64,000 bases of DNA from contig DAIDHI010000086.1 of the NCBI GenBank assembly GCA_027452025.1, positions 15,294 to 79,293 on the forward strand, given 5' to 3'. Within the stretch, counting starts at the first letter, position 1; each line of letters opens with the position of its first letter. The notes below the pieces were generated by a model, which saw nothing but the letters and a program-made list of their open reading frames with translations, was not told the DNA's origin and searched no databases. The stretch comes from Elusimicrobiota bacterium. Its GTDB lineage: Bacteria > Elusimicrobiota > Elusimicrobia > UBA1565 > UBA9628. Below are positions 17,706 to 26,543 of this stretch, one piece after another. Made by a program: the position numbers and the translations under genes.

Positions 17706-18586
17706 TTCAGCAGCGCGCGCACCGCCAAGGGAATCCAGTCGCCTTTGGACAGCGACGGGCGGCGCGTCAAGCTGTCGTAGTCCTGGTCGCGGATCTTGCG
17801 CAGGACCTGCCGGCCGCCCAGCCACGTCAGGCGGATTTCCCAAGACAGCGGCCAGGAGAGCCGCTCCGGCAGGACGCGGCCTTCTTCAAATAGAGCCCGC
17901 GTGCGGCTGACCTCGAACTTCATGAGGCCGCGCAGCTTCTCGTTGACCACTCCCATGCGCAGGTCGCCCTCGGAGTAGCCGTAGGCCTTGAAGTCCTCCT
18001 CGGGTATGTAGATGCGGTCCTTCTTCAGGTCGACGGAGACGTCTTGCCAGAAATTGGCCAATTGGAGGGCGGTGCAGACGGCGTCGGACTGGCGGAAGAG
18101 CTCTTCGTCGCGGTAACCGTGGATCATCAAGACGATGCGTCCGACGGGATTGGCCGAGCGCCGGCAGTAGTCGAGGACCTCGGCGAAGGTCGAGTAGCGC
18201 TTCTTCTCGGTGTCTTGCAGGAAGGCGTCCAGCAGATCGTCGAAGGGCTGGACGGGCAGACCCAGCTCGCGGAAGGTATGTTCGAGCGCGACGAAGACGG
18301 GATGCGTGGCCGGGGTCTTGCCGACCTGGAGGAGTTGGCGGCGCCAATCGAGCAGGCGCTGCCGGCGCACGCCGTCATATTCCGGCTCGTCGGCGAAGTC
18401 GTCGGCGATGCGGGCAAAGCCGTAGAGGGCGGCGACGTGCTTGCGCAGGCGCCGCGGCAGCAGGCGCGAGGCCACCGGGAAGTTCTCGTAGTGGGAGGCC
18501 GCCAGGTCCTGGCAGAAGCGGTAGGCGGCCGCCGCGTCGGAGGGATCGGACACCGTGGCCTCGCAGGCCCGAAGCGTGCCGGCCAT
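17702..18586 (-). CDS. hpnC: Squalene/phytoene synthase family protein (HpnC-like)
   Basis: LYGFARIADDFADE and ANFWQDVSVDLKKDRIYIP motifs. Start ATG at 18586-18584 overlaps the obg stop by 1 nt (TAATG). Confidence 0.7.
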   Translation of the reverse strand: MAGTLRACEATVSDPSDAAAAYRFCQDLAASHYENFPVASRLLPRRLRKHVAALYGFARIADDFADEPEYDGVRRQRLLDWRRQLLQVGKTPATHPVFVALEHTFRELGLPVQPFDDLLDAFLQDTEKKRYSTFAEVLDYCRRSANPVGRIVLMIHGYRDEELFRQSDAVCTALQLANFWQDVSVDLKKDRIYIPEEDFKAYGYSEGDLRMGVVNEKLRGLMKFEVSRTRALFEEGRVLPERLSWPLSWEIRLTWLGGRQVLRKIRDQDYDSLTRRPSLSKGDWIPLAVRALLK

Positions 18587-19920
18587 TATTTGCCGACCCC
18601 GATGCGCGTGCGCTTGTGGCGCCGGCGAAGCCGATGGAGCGGCGCGTAAGGCTTGTCGCTCCACTCGAACTGGAAGCAGCCGCAGCGCACCTCGTCGCCG
18701 TCTCGGATTCCGGCGCGCTTGAGCGCCTTGTCGACGCCGATCTTCTTGAGCGTGCGCTGAAAGCGGTCAACGGCCTCGGGAAGCGTCGTTTCGAGCATGG
18801 CGGCGGCGCGCTCCACGAAGGGGCCCTTGAGCAGGAACACGCCCCCGCCCTGGGGCTCTACGCGGAAGCCCGGCTCGACCTTCACCCGCGCGGCGCCGCG
18901 CGCGGCCTCCTCGTCGAAGGTCTCGGGCGCGGGATGGCGCGAGAGCTCCTCGATGACCCGGTCGAGCAGAGCGTCCACACCCTCGCCGGTGGCCGCCGAA
19001 ATCCCGAGGACCTTGCGCGCGCGCAAGCGCGCGCGCAGCTTCTTGAGCACTCCTTCGGCGCCCGGCAGGTCGAGCTTGTTGACGGCCAGGACCCTCGGCT
19101 TGCCGGCGAGAACGCGCGAGAAGGACTTGAGCTCGGTCTCGATGGCGCCCACGCCGGACAACGCGTCCTTGTCCCCGAAGCCCGCGGGATCGACCAGATG
19201 GACCAGCAGGCGGGTGCGCTCGACGTGGCGCAAAAATTCCGTGCCGAGGCCCTTGCCCCGATGGGCGCCCTCGATGAGGCCCGGGATGTCGGCGACGACG
19301 AAGTGCACGCCCTTGTGGGAGGCGACCCCGAGATTCGGAGACAGCGTCGTGAAAGGATAATCCGCGACCTTCGGGCGCGCGGCCGTGATGCGCGACAGCA
19401 GGCTCGATTTCCCGGCGTTGGGAAAGCCAACGAGCCCGACGTCGGCGAGCAGCTTGAGCTCGAGCGTGAGAGTGACGCGGTCGCCCGGCGCGCCCTTCTC
19501 GCACAGGCGCGGCGCCGTGTTGAGCCGGGATTTAAAGGAAAGGTTGCCTCGCCCGCCGCGGCCCCCGGCCGCGGCCAGATATCGCTGGCCGGCCTTGTGG
19601 AGATCGGCGACGAGGACGCCGTCGCGAAAGACCACCGTGCCGACCGGCACCGGCACGACGAGATCGGAGCCGGCTTCACCGGTCTTGTCGCCCCCCTTGC
19701 CGTGGCCGCCCGAGGCGGCCTTCAGGTGCGGCCGCTGGGCCAGATCGAGCAGCGTGGTGATGCGCGGCGACGCCTCCAGGAACACGTCTCCGCCCTTGCC
19801 CCCGTCGCCGCCGTTGGGGCCCCCGAACTCGAGATATTTCTCCCGCAGGAAGGAAAGACAGCCGTTGCCGCCGTCTCCGGCGGCAACGTGCACGCGGACC
19901 TTGTCGATAAAGTCCGCCAT
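18586..19920 (-). CDS. obg: GTPase Obg/CgtA
   Basis: 444 aa; N-terminal Obg fold with glycine-rich GGDGGKGG, G-domain GFPNAGKSSLL, C-terminal extension. Confidence 0.9.
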   Translation of the reverse strand: MADFIDKVRVHVAAGDGGNGCLSFLREKYLEFGGPNGGDGGKGGDVFLEASPRITTLLDLAQRPHLKAASGGHGKGGDKTGEAGSDLVVPVPVGTVVFRDGVLVADLHKAGQRYLAAAGGRGGRGNLSFKSRLNTAPRLCEKGAPGDRVTLTLELKLLADVGLVGFPNAGKSSLLSRITAARPKVADYPFTTLSPNLGVASHKGVHFVVADIPGLIEGAHRGKGLGTEFLRHVERTRLLVHLVDPAGFGDKDALSGVGAIETELKSFSRVLAGKPRVLAVNKLDLPGAEGVLKKLRARLRARKVLGISAATGEGVDALLDRVIEELSRHPAPETFDEEAARGAARVKVEPGFRVEPQGGGVFLLKGPFVERAAAMLETTLPEAVDRFQRTLKKIGVDKALKRAGIRDGDEVRCGCFQFEWSDKPYAPLHRLRRRHKRTRIGVGK

Positions 19921-19940
19921 ATTAGGAAGCGGACGTACCG

Positions 19941-20207
19941 CTACTTGGAAGAGCCGGCGGGCAGGACGCTGACGCGCTTCTTGTCTTTATGCGCCCACTG
20001 GAAGGCGACGACGCCCGGAGCCGTGGCGAAGAGCGTGTCGTCCTTGCCGCGCCCGACGTTGAGGCCGGGCAGGAACTTGGTGCCGCGCTGCCGCACGATC
20101 ACCATGCCCGCCAAGACCTGCTGACCGCCGTAGCGCTTGACGCCGAGGCGCTGGCCGTGGCTGTCGCGGCCGTTGGAAGAGGAACCCTGCGCTTTTGTGT
20201 GTGCCAT
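19941..20207 (-). CDS. rpmA: 50S ribosomal protein L27
   Basis: 88 aa, [29 protein letters not shown] is canonical L27. Confidence 0.95.
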   Translation of the reverse strand: MAHTKAQGSSSNGRDSHGQRLGVKRYGGQQVLAGMVIVRQRGTKFLPGLNVGRGKDDTLFATAPGVVAFQWAHKDKKRVSVLPAGSSK

Positions 20208-20208
20208 G

Positions 20209-20514
20209 TCAGTTGATGGAGATCGTCTTGATCTTGATGTCGGTCAGGGACTGCCGGTGTCCGCGCAGCTTCTTGTACGCCTTCTTCTGGCGTCTCTTGA
20301 AGACGAGGATCTTCGGCCCGCGGCCCTGCTTGACCACTTCGGCCACGACGTCGGCCGACTTCGACGATTGCTTGTTGTCGCCCACGGCCCAAAGAGCCTT
20401 GAACGTCACTTCCTTGCCCTGCTCGGCGTCCAGTTTCTCCACCCGGATGGTTTCGCCAGGGGAGACCCAGAACTGCCGTCCGCCGGTTTCGATGATCGCG
20501 TACATATCGGACAT
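20209..20514 (-). CDS. rplU: 50S ribosomal protein L21
   Basis: 101 aa, [25 protein letters not shown] is canonical L21. Confidence 0.95.
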   Translation of the reverse strand: MSDMYAIIETGGRQFWVSPGETIRVEKLDAEQGKEVTFKALWAVGDNKQSSKSADVVAEVVKQGRGPKILVFKRRQKKAYKKLRGHRQSLTDIKIKTISIN

Positions 20515-20678
20515 AACGATACCAAATGACGCCGCCGCTGTCCACCGGGCTTAGGTCCCAGGCGGTCCGGGCCTTTCGGCCCGTGGCGGATTCGATGCGA
20601 GAAGGCCCCGACGGACGCCGTGCACATCATATTGTGTTTTATTATGTTGTTAAGTGGTGTTTCGTATCATTTAAGGCA

Positions 20679-20707
20679 TTGACAGAGGCGCCCGCGGCTG
20701 GTAAACT
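20679..20707 (+). promoter_or_regulatory. Candidate sigma70-type promoter for nrdJ (TTGACA-17 nt-TAAACT), inside a ~70-nt AT-rich island
   Basis: TTGACA at 20679-20684, 17-nt spacer, TAAACT at 20702-20707. Only 6 nt lie between the -10 element and the annotated ATG at 20714. An upstream partial palindrome ACATCATATTGTGT (20624-20637) resembles an NrdR box. Confidence 0.35.
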
Positions 20708-20713
20708 GGACAT

Positions 20714-23239
20714 ATGGCGCGCCCGGACCATTCCAAATCGGAGAGGAGACACTTGAAACAGAAAACCACGGCGGCGGCGGGTCACAAGACGGCGAGGGTG
20801 CGGGTCACCGAGAACCAGCTCAAGGTCATCAAGGATAAGTATCTGCGCGACGCGCCGAGCCTGGAGGCGTGGCTGGAGAACGTCGCGCGCAACATCGCCC
20901 TGGCCGAGATCCTCTTTCATCCGGACGCCGAGCGCTGGGGCGCCTTCGCCGGCGTGCGCCACCGCCGCGAGGACTCCCTGCTGCTCCTGCAAGACGGCCT
21001 GACCGAGGCCTCGGAACGGGACGCCAATTTCAGCCGGCTGATCGCCAACCTCCAGCGGGTCTACTCCTCCGTGCCCGAGGCGCGCAAGCTCGTCGACCAG
21101 TGGGCCGGCCGCTATTTCGCCCTCATGTCGGCCTGGGATTTCCTGCCCAACTCCCCCACGCTCATGAATGCCGGCCGCGAGCTGCAGCAGCTCTCCGCCT
21201 GCTACGTCCTGCCCGTGCCCGATTCAATGGAGGCCATCACGAAGTCGCTGGCCGCCCAGTCCCTCATACAGAAATCCGGCGGCGGCACGGGATTCTCCTT
21301 CAGCCGCCTGCGGCCCAAGGGCGATCTGGTCAAGAAGACCCAAGGCGTCGCCTCCGGCGCGGTCTCGTTCATGCAGCTCTTCGACAAACTCACCGACGTC
21401 GTCAAGCAGGGAGGGACCAGGCGCGGCGCCAACATGGGCATCCTGCACTACACCCACCCCGAGATCAAGGACTTCATCACGATGAAGTCCCAGTCCTCCG
21501 TGATGGAGAACTTCAACGTCTCGGTGGCGATCGACCAGCGCTTCATGAACGCGGTCGCCTCCGACGCCGAATATGACCTGATCAACCCCCGCACCGGCGA
21601 GGCGGCGGGCAAGGCGCGGGCCAAGGAGATCTTCGACTTGATGGTCGAGCACGCCTGGAAGTCGGGAGACCCCGGCTTCATCGTCGTCGACCGCATCAAC
21701 GACTCGGGCTCCAACCCCACGCCGGCGCTCGGCCAGATCGAGAGCACCAATCCCTGCGGCGAGCAGCCGCTCCTGCCTTGGGAACCCTGCAACCTCGGCT
21801 CGCTCAACTTGTCCAACTTCGTCGAGGGCGAGATCGGGCAAGGGACCTTCGACTTCGAGCGCCTCAAGGGCGCGGTCTCCTCGGCGGTGCGCTTCCTCGA
21901 CGACGTCATCGAGGTCAACAACTATCCTCTGCCCGAGATCGAGGCCATGGCCAAGGGCAACCGCCGCATCGGCCTGGGCGTCATGGGCTACGCGGAAGCC
22001 CTCGTCAAGATGGGCCTGGCTTACGACTCGCAGCCGGCCTTGGACTTCGCCGCCAAGGTCATGGAGTCCATCAACCAGAGCGCGCTTTCCGAGTCGGAGG
22101 CGCTGGCGCGCGACCGGGGAGTGTTCCCGAACTGGAAGGACTCGATCTACGATCCGGAAGGGCGTTTTTTCCGGGGCGAGGAGCGCCGTCCGCGCAATTG
22201 CGCCCGCACGACGATCGCGCCGACGGGGACCATCGCCATCGCCGCGGGCCTGCAAGGCAGCGGCATCGAGCCGTTCTTCGCCATCGTCTACACGCGCTAC
22301 AACGCGAAGGCGCTCGATGCCCTCAAGAAGGGAGAGACGCCCGACGCCAAGGACGTCTTCTTCGAGATCAACCCGCTCTTCAAGGAGATCGCGCGGCAAA
22401 ACGGCTACTTCGGCCTGGCCGAGCACGACCTGTGGAACCGCGTCAGCGAAAACCACAAGGCCGTGCGCGGCATCAAGGAGATCCCGGAAAGCGTTCAGCG
22501 CCTTTTCCCGACCGCCCACGACGTGCCCGTGGACATCCACGTGCGCGTGCAGGCCGCCTTCCAAGCCCACGTGGATAACGGGGTCTCCAAGACCATCAAC
22601 CTGCCCAACAGCGCATCGGTCGAGGACGTGCGCCGCGCCTACACCCAGGCCTATGAGCTCGGCTGCAAGGGCATCACGATCTACCGCGACGGCTCCAAGG
22701 CGCAGCAGGTCTTGAGCCTGGCGCCCACGCCGACGAAGATGAAGAGGCGCGATCCCGCGACCGCCTTCGGCGTCTCGTCGGAATACTATCAGATCAAGAC
22801 CGGCTACGGCCCGCTCCACATCCACATCAACTACGACGAGCGGGGACCCTATCAGGTCTTTTCCAACATCCCGCCGCTCGGCACGGAGATCTCGGCGCTG
22901 ACTTCGCTCGTCGGCATCCTGCTCTCCAAGTATATGGCCGAGGGCGGCGACCCGATCCGCATCCTAAAGCATCTCAACTCCGTCAAGGGCGACAAGCCGG
23001 TGGGATTTGGGGAAAACAGGGTCAACTCCATCGCCCACGCCCTCGCCATCGCCCTGCGCCAGCACTTGAAAAAGACCGGCTGGATCACCGAGGAGGAGGC
23101 CGGCCAGAAGGCGAAGCTCGACCTCGCGGCGCTGCCGCAGGCGGAATACTGCCCAAAGTGCTATTCCTCCAACATCGCCCACGAATCAGGCTGCTCCGGG
23201 CCCACGTGTCACGACTGCGGCTACTCCGAGTGTTCGTGA
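20714..23239 (+). CDS. nrdJ: Adenosylcobalamin-dependent ribonucleotide reductase (class II)
   Basis: 841 aa; TNPCGEQPLLPWEPCNLGSLNLSNF active-site region; C-terminal Cys-rich tail CPKCYSS...CSGPTCHDCGYSEC. Start uncertain; an alternative GTG lies near 20796. Confidence 0.9.
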   Translation: MARPDHSKSERRHLKQKTTAAAGHKTARVRVTENQLKVIKDKYLRDAPSLEAWLENVARNIALAEILFHPDAERWGAFAGVRHRREDSLLLLQDGLTEASERDANFSRLIANLQRVYSSVPEARKLVDQWAGRYFALMSAWDFLPNSPTLMNAGRELQQLSACYVLPVPDSMEAITKSLAAQSLIQKSGGGTGFSFSRLRPKGDLVKKTQGVASGAVSFMQLFDKLTDVVKQGGTRRGANMGILHYTHPEIKDFITMKSQSSVMENFNVSVAIDQRFMNAVASDAEYDLINPRTGEAAGKARAKEIFDLMVEHAWKSGDPGFIVVDRINDSGSNPTPALGQIESTNPCGEQPLLPWEPCNLGSLNLSNFVEGEIGQGTFDFERLKGAVSSAVRFLDDVIEVNNYPLPEIEAMAKGNRRIGLGVMGYAEALVKMGLAYDSQPALDFAAKVMESINQSALSESEALARDRGVFPNWKDSIYDPEGRFFRGEERRPRNCARTTIAPTGTIAIAAGLQGSGIEPFFAIVYTRYNAKALDALKKGETPDAKDVFFEINPLFKEIARQNGYFGLAEHDLWNRVSENHKAVRGIKEIPESVQRLFPTAHDVPVDIHVRVQAAFQAHVDNGVSKTINLPNSASVEDVRRAYTQAYELGCKGITIYRDGSKAQQVLSLAPTPTKMKRRDPATAFGVSSEYYQIKTGYGPLHIHINYDERGPYQVFSNIPPLGTEISALTSLVGILLSKYMAEGGDPIRILKHLNSVKGDKPVGFGENRVNSIAHALAIALRQHLKKTGWITEEEAGQKAKLDLAALPQAEYCPKCYSSNIAHESGCSGPTCHDCGYSECS

Positions 23240-23261
23240 CGCAAGTCACGCCGCCGTTGCC

Positions 23262-23290
23262 TTGATTTCGGGCCGTAAAGGCCCTATACT
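23262..23290 (+). promoter_or_regulatory. Candidate promoter for the pilin operon (TTGATT-17 nt-TATACT), with the GGGCC-GTAAA-GGCCC hairpin inside the spacer
   Basis: TTGATT 23262-23267, 17-nt spacer, TATACT 23285-23290. The spacer contains the perfect inverted repeat GGGCCGTAAAGGCCC (23270-23284), which could also act as the nrdJ terminator stem. Confidence 0.35.
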
Positions 23291-23331
23291 TGCGGCAAGC
23301 TCCGCCCGCGCCGAGAGACGGAGCGCGCCGC

Positions 23332-26046
23332 ATGCCCATGCCCAAAAATCCGCCGCTCCTCTCGGCTCGCTCCGGCGTGACCCTCGTCGAGCTCATGATC
23401 GCCGTGGCGATCCTGTGCGTGGGCATCCTCGGCTTCGTCGGGGCCTTCCGCTACATCACCCAGTCCATCCACGTCTCGCGCACCCGCACCCTGGCCACCA
23501 ACCTCGCCCAGGAGAAGATCGAGACCCTCAAAAACCTCTCGTATTACGAGCTGCTGCTGACCACCGCCACCGCCTACGACCCCAACTTCACCCCGTCGAT
23601 TCCCTACGACACGGCCAACTACGGGCCGGAGACCGAACAGATCGGCGGCATCACCTTCACGCGCTACACCTACGTGACCATGGCGCAGATGACCAACAAC
23701 GTCATCACGACGGCCGCCTCGGACTACCCCGACAGCGGCATGAAGCAGATCGAGGTCAACGTCGTCTGGACGGACAACGGCGTCGAGAAGAAATTCACGC
23801 TCAACAACCTCTACGAAAACCCCAACCTCGCGCCCCTGGACGCCAGCATCTCGGGCTACGTCAAGGACGGCTCCGGAAACCCCATCGAAGGCGCCTACGT
23901 TCGCGTCGAGCAGAACAGCGACTGGGCGGCCCAGACGGACGCGACGGGCCGCTACGGCTTCGACGTCTACCACGGCACCTACACGGTCCGCGCCTCGTCG
24001 GCCGGCTACTTCGACGGGTTCACCCAGACCCTCGACGCTTACGAAGGGGCCAGCCTCGCGTCGCCGAACACGGACATGTATCTGACGGCTGTCGGCTCCG
24101 GCACCATCGCCGGCATCGCGTGGATCAATCCCGACCTGGTCATCAGCCAGGTCGTGGCGTCGACGGCGCAGTACGGCCTCAATCAGAACGGCCAGGATTT
24201 CGCCGGCTTCCAGGCCCAATACGTCGAGCTTTATAACCCGACCACCTCGGAAATCGACATCGCCACCCCCGGCGGCTCGCCCCTGGTCACGCTCGACTTT
24301 CAAAGCGCCCAGCATTGCACCTATTACACCGACTGCACCACCCCCGGCACGGGCATCTTCGTCGACTATATCAGCACCTACGTGGCTCCCTATCACTATT
24401 ATCTCTTCGCCAATACGAACACTTTCGTCGTCAACGGCCAATGGGTCGCGGCCGACGCCGTCTATGACGACGCCGCCGGCAACGATTGCGGGACGCATCC
24501 GAGCGGCAACTTCTGGAACACCGGCGTCAGCCCGCCGCTCAAGATGATCATCGTCCCCGGGCACGGAGGCAGCGTCGGCGTGGAGCGCGTCAACGGCATG
24601 GGCTCCGGCACCTACGTCGACGTGGTGGGCTTCGAGGACAACGGCTCGGCGCCGACGTACTACAACGGAAACTACATCACCTTCGGGACCTACAACGACT
24701 TTCCCTTGGGCCAGGAACTGGTGCGCATCTCGAGCCCGCTGCCGAATTTGAGCCTGACCGACATGGCCGCCTACGGCCACGCCTACAACTCGCAAAACAA
24801 CGCCAACGACTTCGTCTATTTTCCGGCGATCAACGGAGTCCCGTTTTCCCCTCAGAACAGCCGCGGCGCCGCCTTCCTTCCCATCGCCGGCGTCCCGGCC
24901 GTGGGCGCCAGCGTCGCGGCCAGCGACGGGGTCTCCGGCTCGACGCAGGCCTACGCGGCCTACATCGCCAGCGGGACGCTCAACCTGCTCTACGCGCCCT
25001 TCACGCTGCCGGGGGTCAGCACGTCTCCACCCGCGGCGCTCTGCAACGGAGCGTGCTGGAACGTGATCCTCTCCAGCGGCTCCTACTTCGCGCAGATTTC
25101 CACCGTCTCCGTGCTCCAGAACCAGACGACGGTCATTCCCGGCCCCTACACGGTGGCGGGCTCGACGAACGGCCTGGAGAGCGTCATCTTGGACTCGTCG
25201 ACCAGCAACGGATTCATCCGGGGCCAGATCACCGATGCCAACGCCGTCCCCCTCAACGGCGTGGCGATCCAAGTCACCGGTTACGTGGCCGGGTCGCAGA
25301 ACACGTCGGCCAACGGCTGCTACTTCATCGAGACGGCGACGGGCACCGTCACCGAGGTGATCAACCCCAACAACGCCTCGGCGCCCCAATACATCCAGGT
25401 CGTGCAGAGCACCACGGTCAGCCAGGGCGCGATCACCGAGGCGGATTTCGAGCTCAACAAGGGAGGCGCCCTCGAAGGCTATCTCACGACGGGCACCACG
25501 CCCCTGCCGAACTACGTCGTCGAGGCCTCCATCGGGGGCGACCAGGCCGGCTCCGGGACTTCGGACACCTCCGGCTTGTTCATCATCCACAACCTTTCCA
25601 CCGGCACCTATACGGTGAGTCCGGTGCTCGACTCCGACCAGTCATCGAGCCCGAGTTCTCTCTCCGCCACGGTCAACCCGACGAGCACCGTCTTCATCGG
25701 CACGTTCACGGTCTCCGGAGCCTTGGGCGCCATCGCGGGATCCATCATGAGCAACGGCGCGAGCCTGACCACGGGCGCGCTGATCGTGGCTTCCAGCGGC
25801 ACGATCTCCTCCACGCCGCCGGTGATCTACGGCTCGTCGGCGCCGGCCATGTCCCCGATCATCTACTCCGTCTCGAGCAAGGCCGACGGGACGTACTCCT
25901 TGCCGGTGCGCGGCGGCTACACTTACAACCTGATGGTCTGGGTTCCGACCATCAGCGGCAGCAACGTCACGACGCAGAGCAAGAGCTATTCGGGCATCAC
26001 CGTGTCGCCGGGACAGACGACCAAGGAGAACGTCACCGTCCCATGA
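23332..26046 (+). CDS. Giant prepilin-type protein (class III signal peptide) with multiple carboxypeptidase-regulatory-like beta-sandwich domains
   Basis: Leader MPMPKNPPLLSARSG then VTLVELMIAVAILCVGILGFVGAF (G-1, E+5). ~904 aa mature region rich in S/T/G/N, with repeated CarboxypepD_reg-like units (SGYVKDGSGNPIEGAYVRVEQ...TDATGRYGF; GQITDANAVPLNGVAIQVTGY...). The track start at 23290 is an in-frame upstream extension. Confidence 0.7.
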   Translation: MPMPKNPPLLSARSGVTLVELMIAVAILCVGILGFVGAFRYITQSIHVSRTRTLATNLAQEKIETLKNLSYYELLLTTATAYDPNFTPSIPYDTANYGPETEQIGGITFTRYTYVTMAQMTNNVITTAASDYPDSGMKQIEVNVVWTDNGVEKKFTLNNLYENPNLAPLDASISGYVKDGSGNPIEGAYVRVEQNSDWAAQTDATGRYGFDVYHGTYTVRASSAGYFDGFTQTLDAYEGASLASPNTDMYLTAVGSGTIAGIAWINPDLVISQVVASTAQYGLNQNGQDFAGFQAQYVELYNPTTSEIDIATPGGSPLVTLDFQSAQHCTYYTDCTTPGTGIFVDYISTYVAPYHYYLFANTNTFVVNGQWVAADAVYDDAAGNDCGTHPSGNFWNTGVSPPLKMIIVPGHGGSVGVERVNGMGSGTYVDVVGFEDNGSAPTYYNGNYITFGTYNDFPLGQELVRISSPLPNLSLTDMAAYGHAYNSQNNANDFVYFPAINGVPFSPQNSRGAAFLPIAGVPAVGASVAASDGVSGSTQAYAAYIASGTLNLLYAPFTLPGVSTSPPAALCNGACWNVILSSGSYFAQISTVSVLQNQTTVIPGPYTVAGSTNGLESVILDSSTSNGFIRGQITDANAVPLNGVAIQVTGYVAGSQNTSANGCYFIETATGTVTEVINPNNASAPQYIQVVQSTTVSQGAITEADFELNKGGALEGYLTTGTTPLPNYVVEASIGGDQAGSGTSDTSGLFIIHNLSTGTYTVSPVLDSDQSSSPSSLSATVNPTSTVFIGTFTVSGALGAIAGSIMSNGASLTTGALIVASSGTISSTPPVIYGSSAPAMSPIIYSVSSKADGTYSLPVRGGYTYNLMVWVPTISGSNVTTQSKSYSGITVSPGQTTKENVTVP

Positions 26047-26543
26047 GGAACGCCGCGCGCCGAACCGGCTATACGCTCGTCGAGCTGATGATGGTCGTCG
26101 CCATCCTCGGCATCATCGCGAGCGCCGGCCCGCTTCTGCTGCGCAACCTCCAAGACTTCTTTTTGATGACGACGGCCCGCAACGAAATCGAGCGCGACGC
26201 GCGCTCGAGCCTGGACACCATCAATCGCTTCATCCGCCAAGCGGTGGACGGGACGATCGCGATCGACACCCCGCCCAGCGGCGGCGGGCCTTACTCCCGG
26301 ATCCGGTTCACGGACATCGAAGGACGCTCGATCAGCTTCTATCAAAGCGGCTCCAACCTCATGATGAGCGTGAACTCCGACCAGTCGACCCTGAGCAAGG
26401 ACCTGGGCTTCATCGCCTTCACGTTCCCGCGCACCGACGATCCGACCATCGTCAGCGTGGCGATGACCATGACCAAGGACATACAGCTCGGCCGAAAGAA
26501 GGTCCTCGAGCTGACCATCCAGAACGTCCGGGTGATGAACTGA
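26043..26543 (+). CDS. Minor pseudopilin (GspH/I/J-like), prepilin-type N-terminus
   Basis: MRNAARRTG then YTLVELMMVVAILGIIASAG (G-1, E+5); 166 aa; ATGA overlap with the giant pilin stop. Confidence 0.7.
   Translation: MRNAARRTGYTLVELMMVVAILGIIASAGPLLLRNLQDFFLMTTARNEIERDARSSLDTINRFIRQAVDGTIAIDTPPSGGGPYSRIRFTDIEGRSISFYQSGSNLMMSVNSDQSTLSKDLGFIAFTFPRTDDPTIVSVAMTMTKDIQLGRKKVLELTIQNVRVMN

Noticed and set aside
20515-20713. Cobalamin riboswitch upstream of the B12-dependent nrdJ
   Set aside because: No B12-box-like element (AGYCMGGAAGACCKGCC type) or conserved riboswitch stems were seen. The candidate promoter sits directly on the start codon, leaving no room for a riboswitch leader. This was not computationally scanned, so it is low-certainty.
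21224-25590. Long minus-strand ORFs 21224..22825 and 23284..25590, and plus-strand 24486..26543 upstream part
   Set aside because: They overlap nrdJ and the giant pilin gene in other frames or on the opposite strand, and have low-complexity Arg/Gly/Asp translations. Only the 26043..26543 portion (second pilin) of the 24486 ORF is real.
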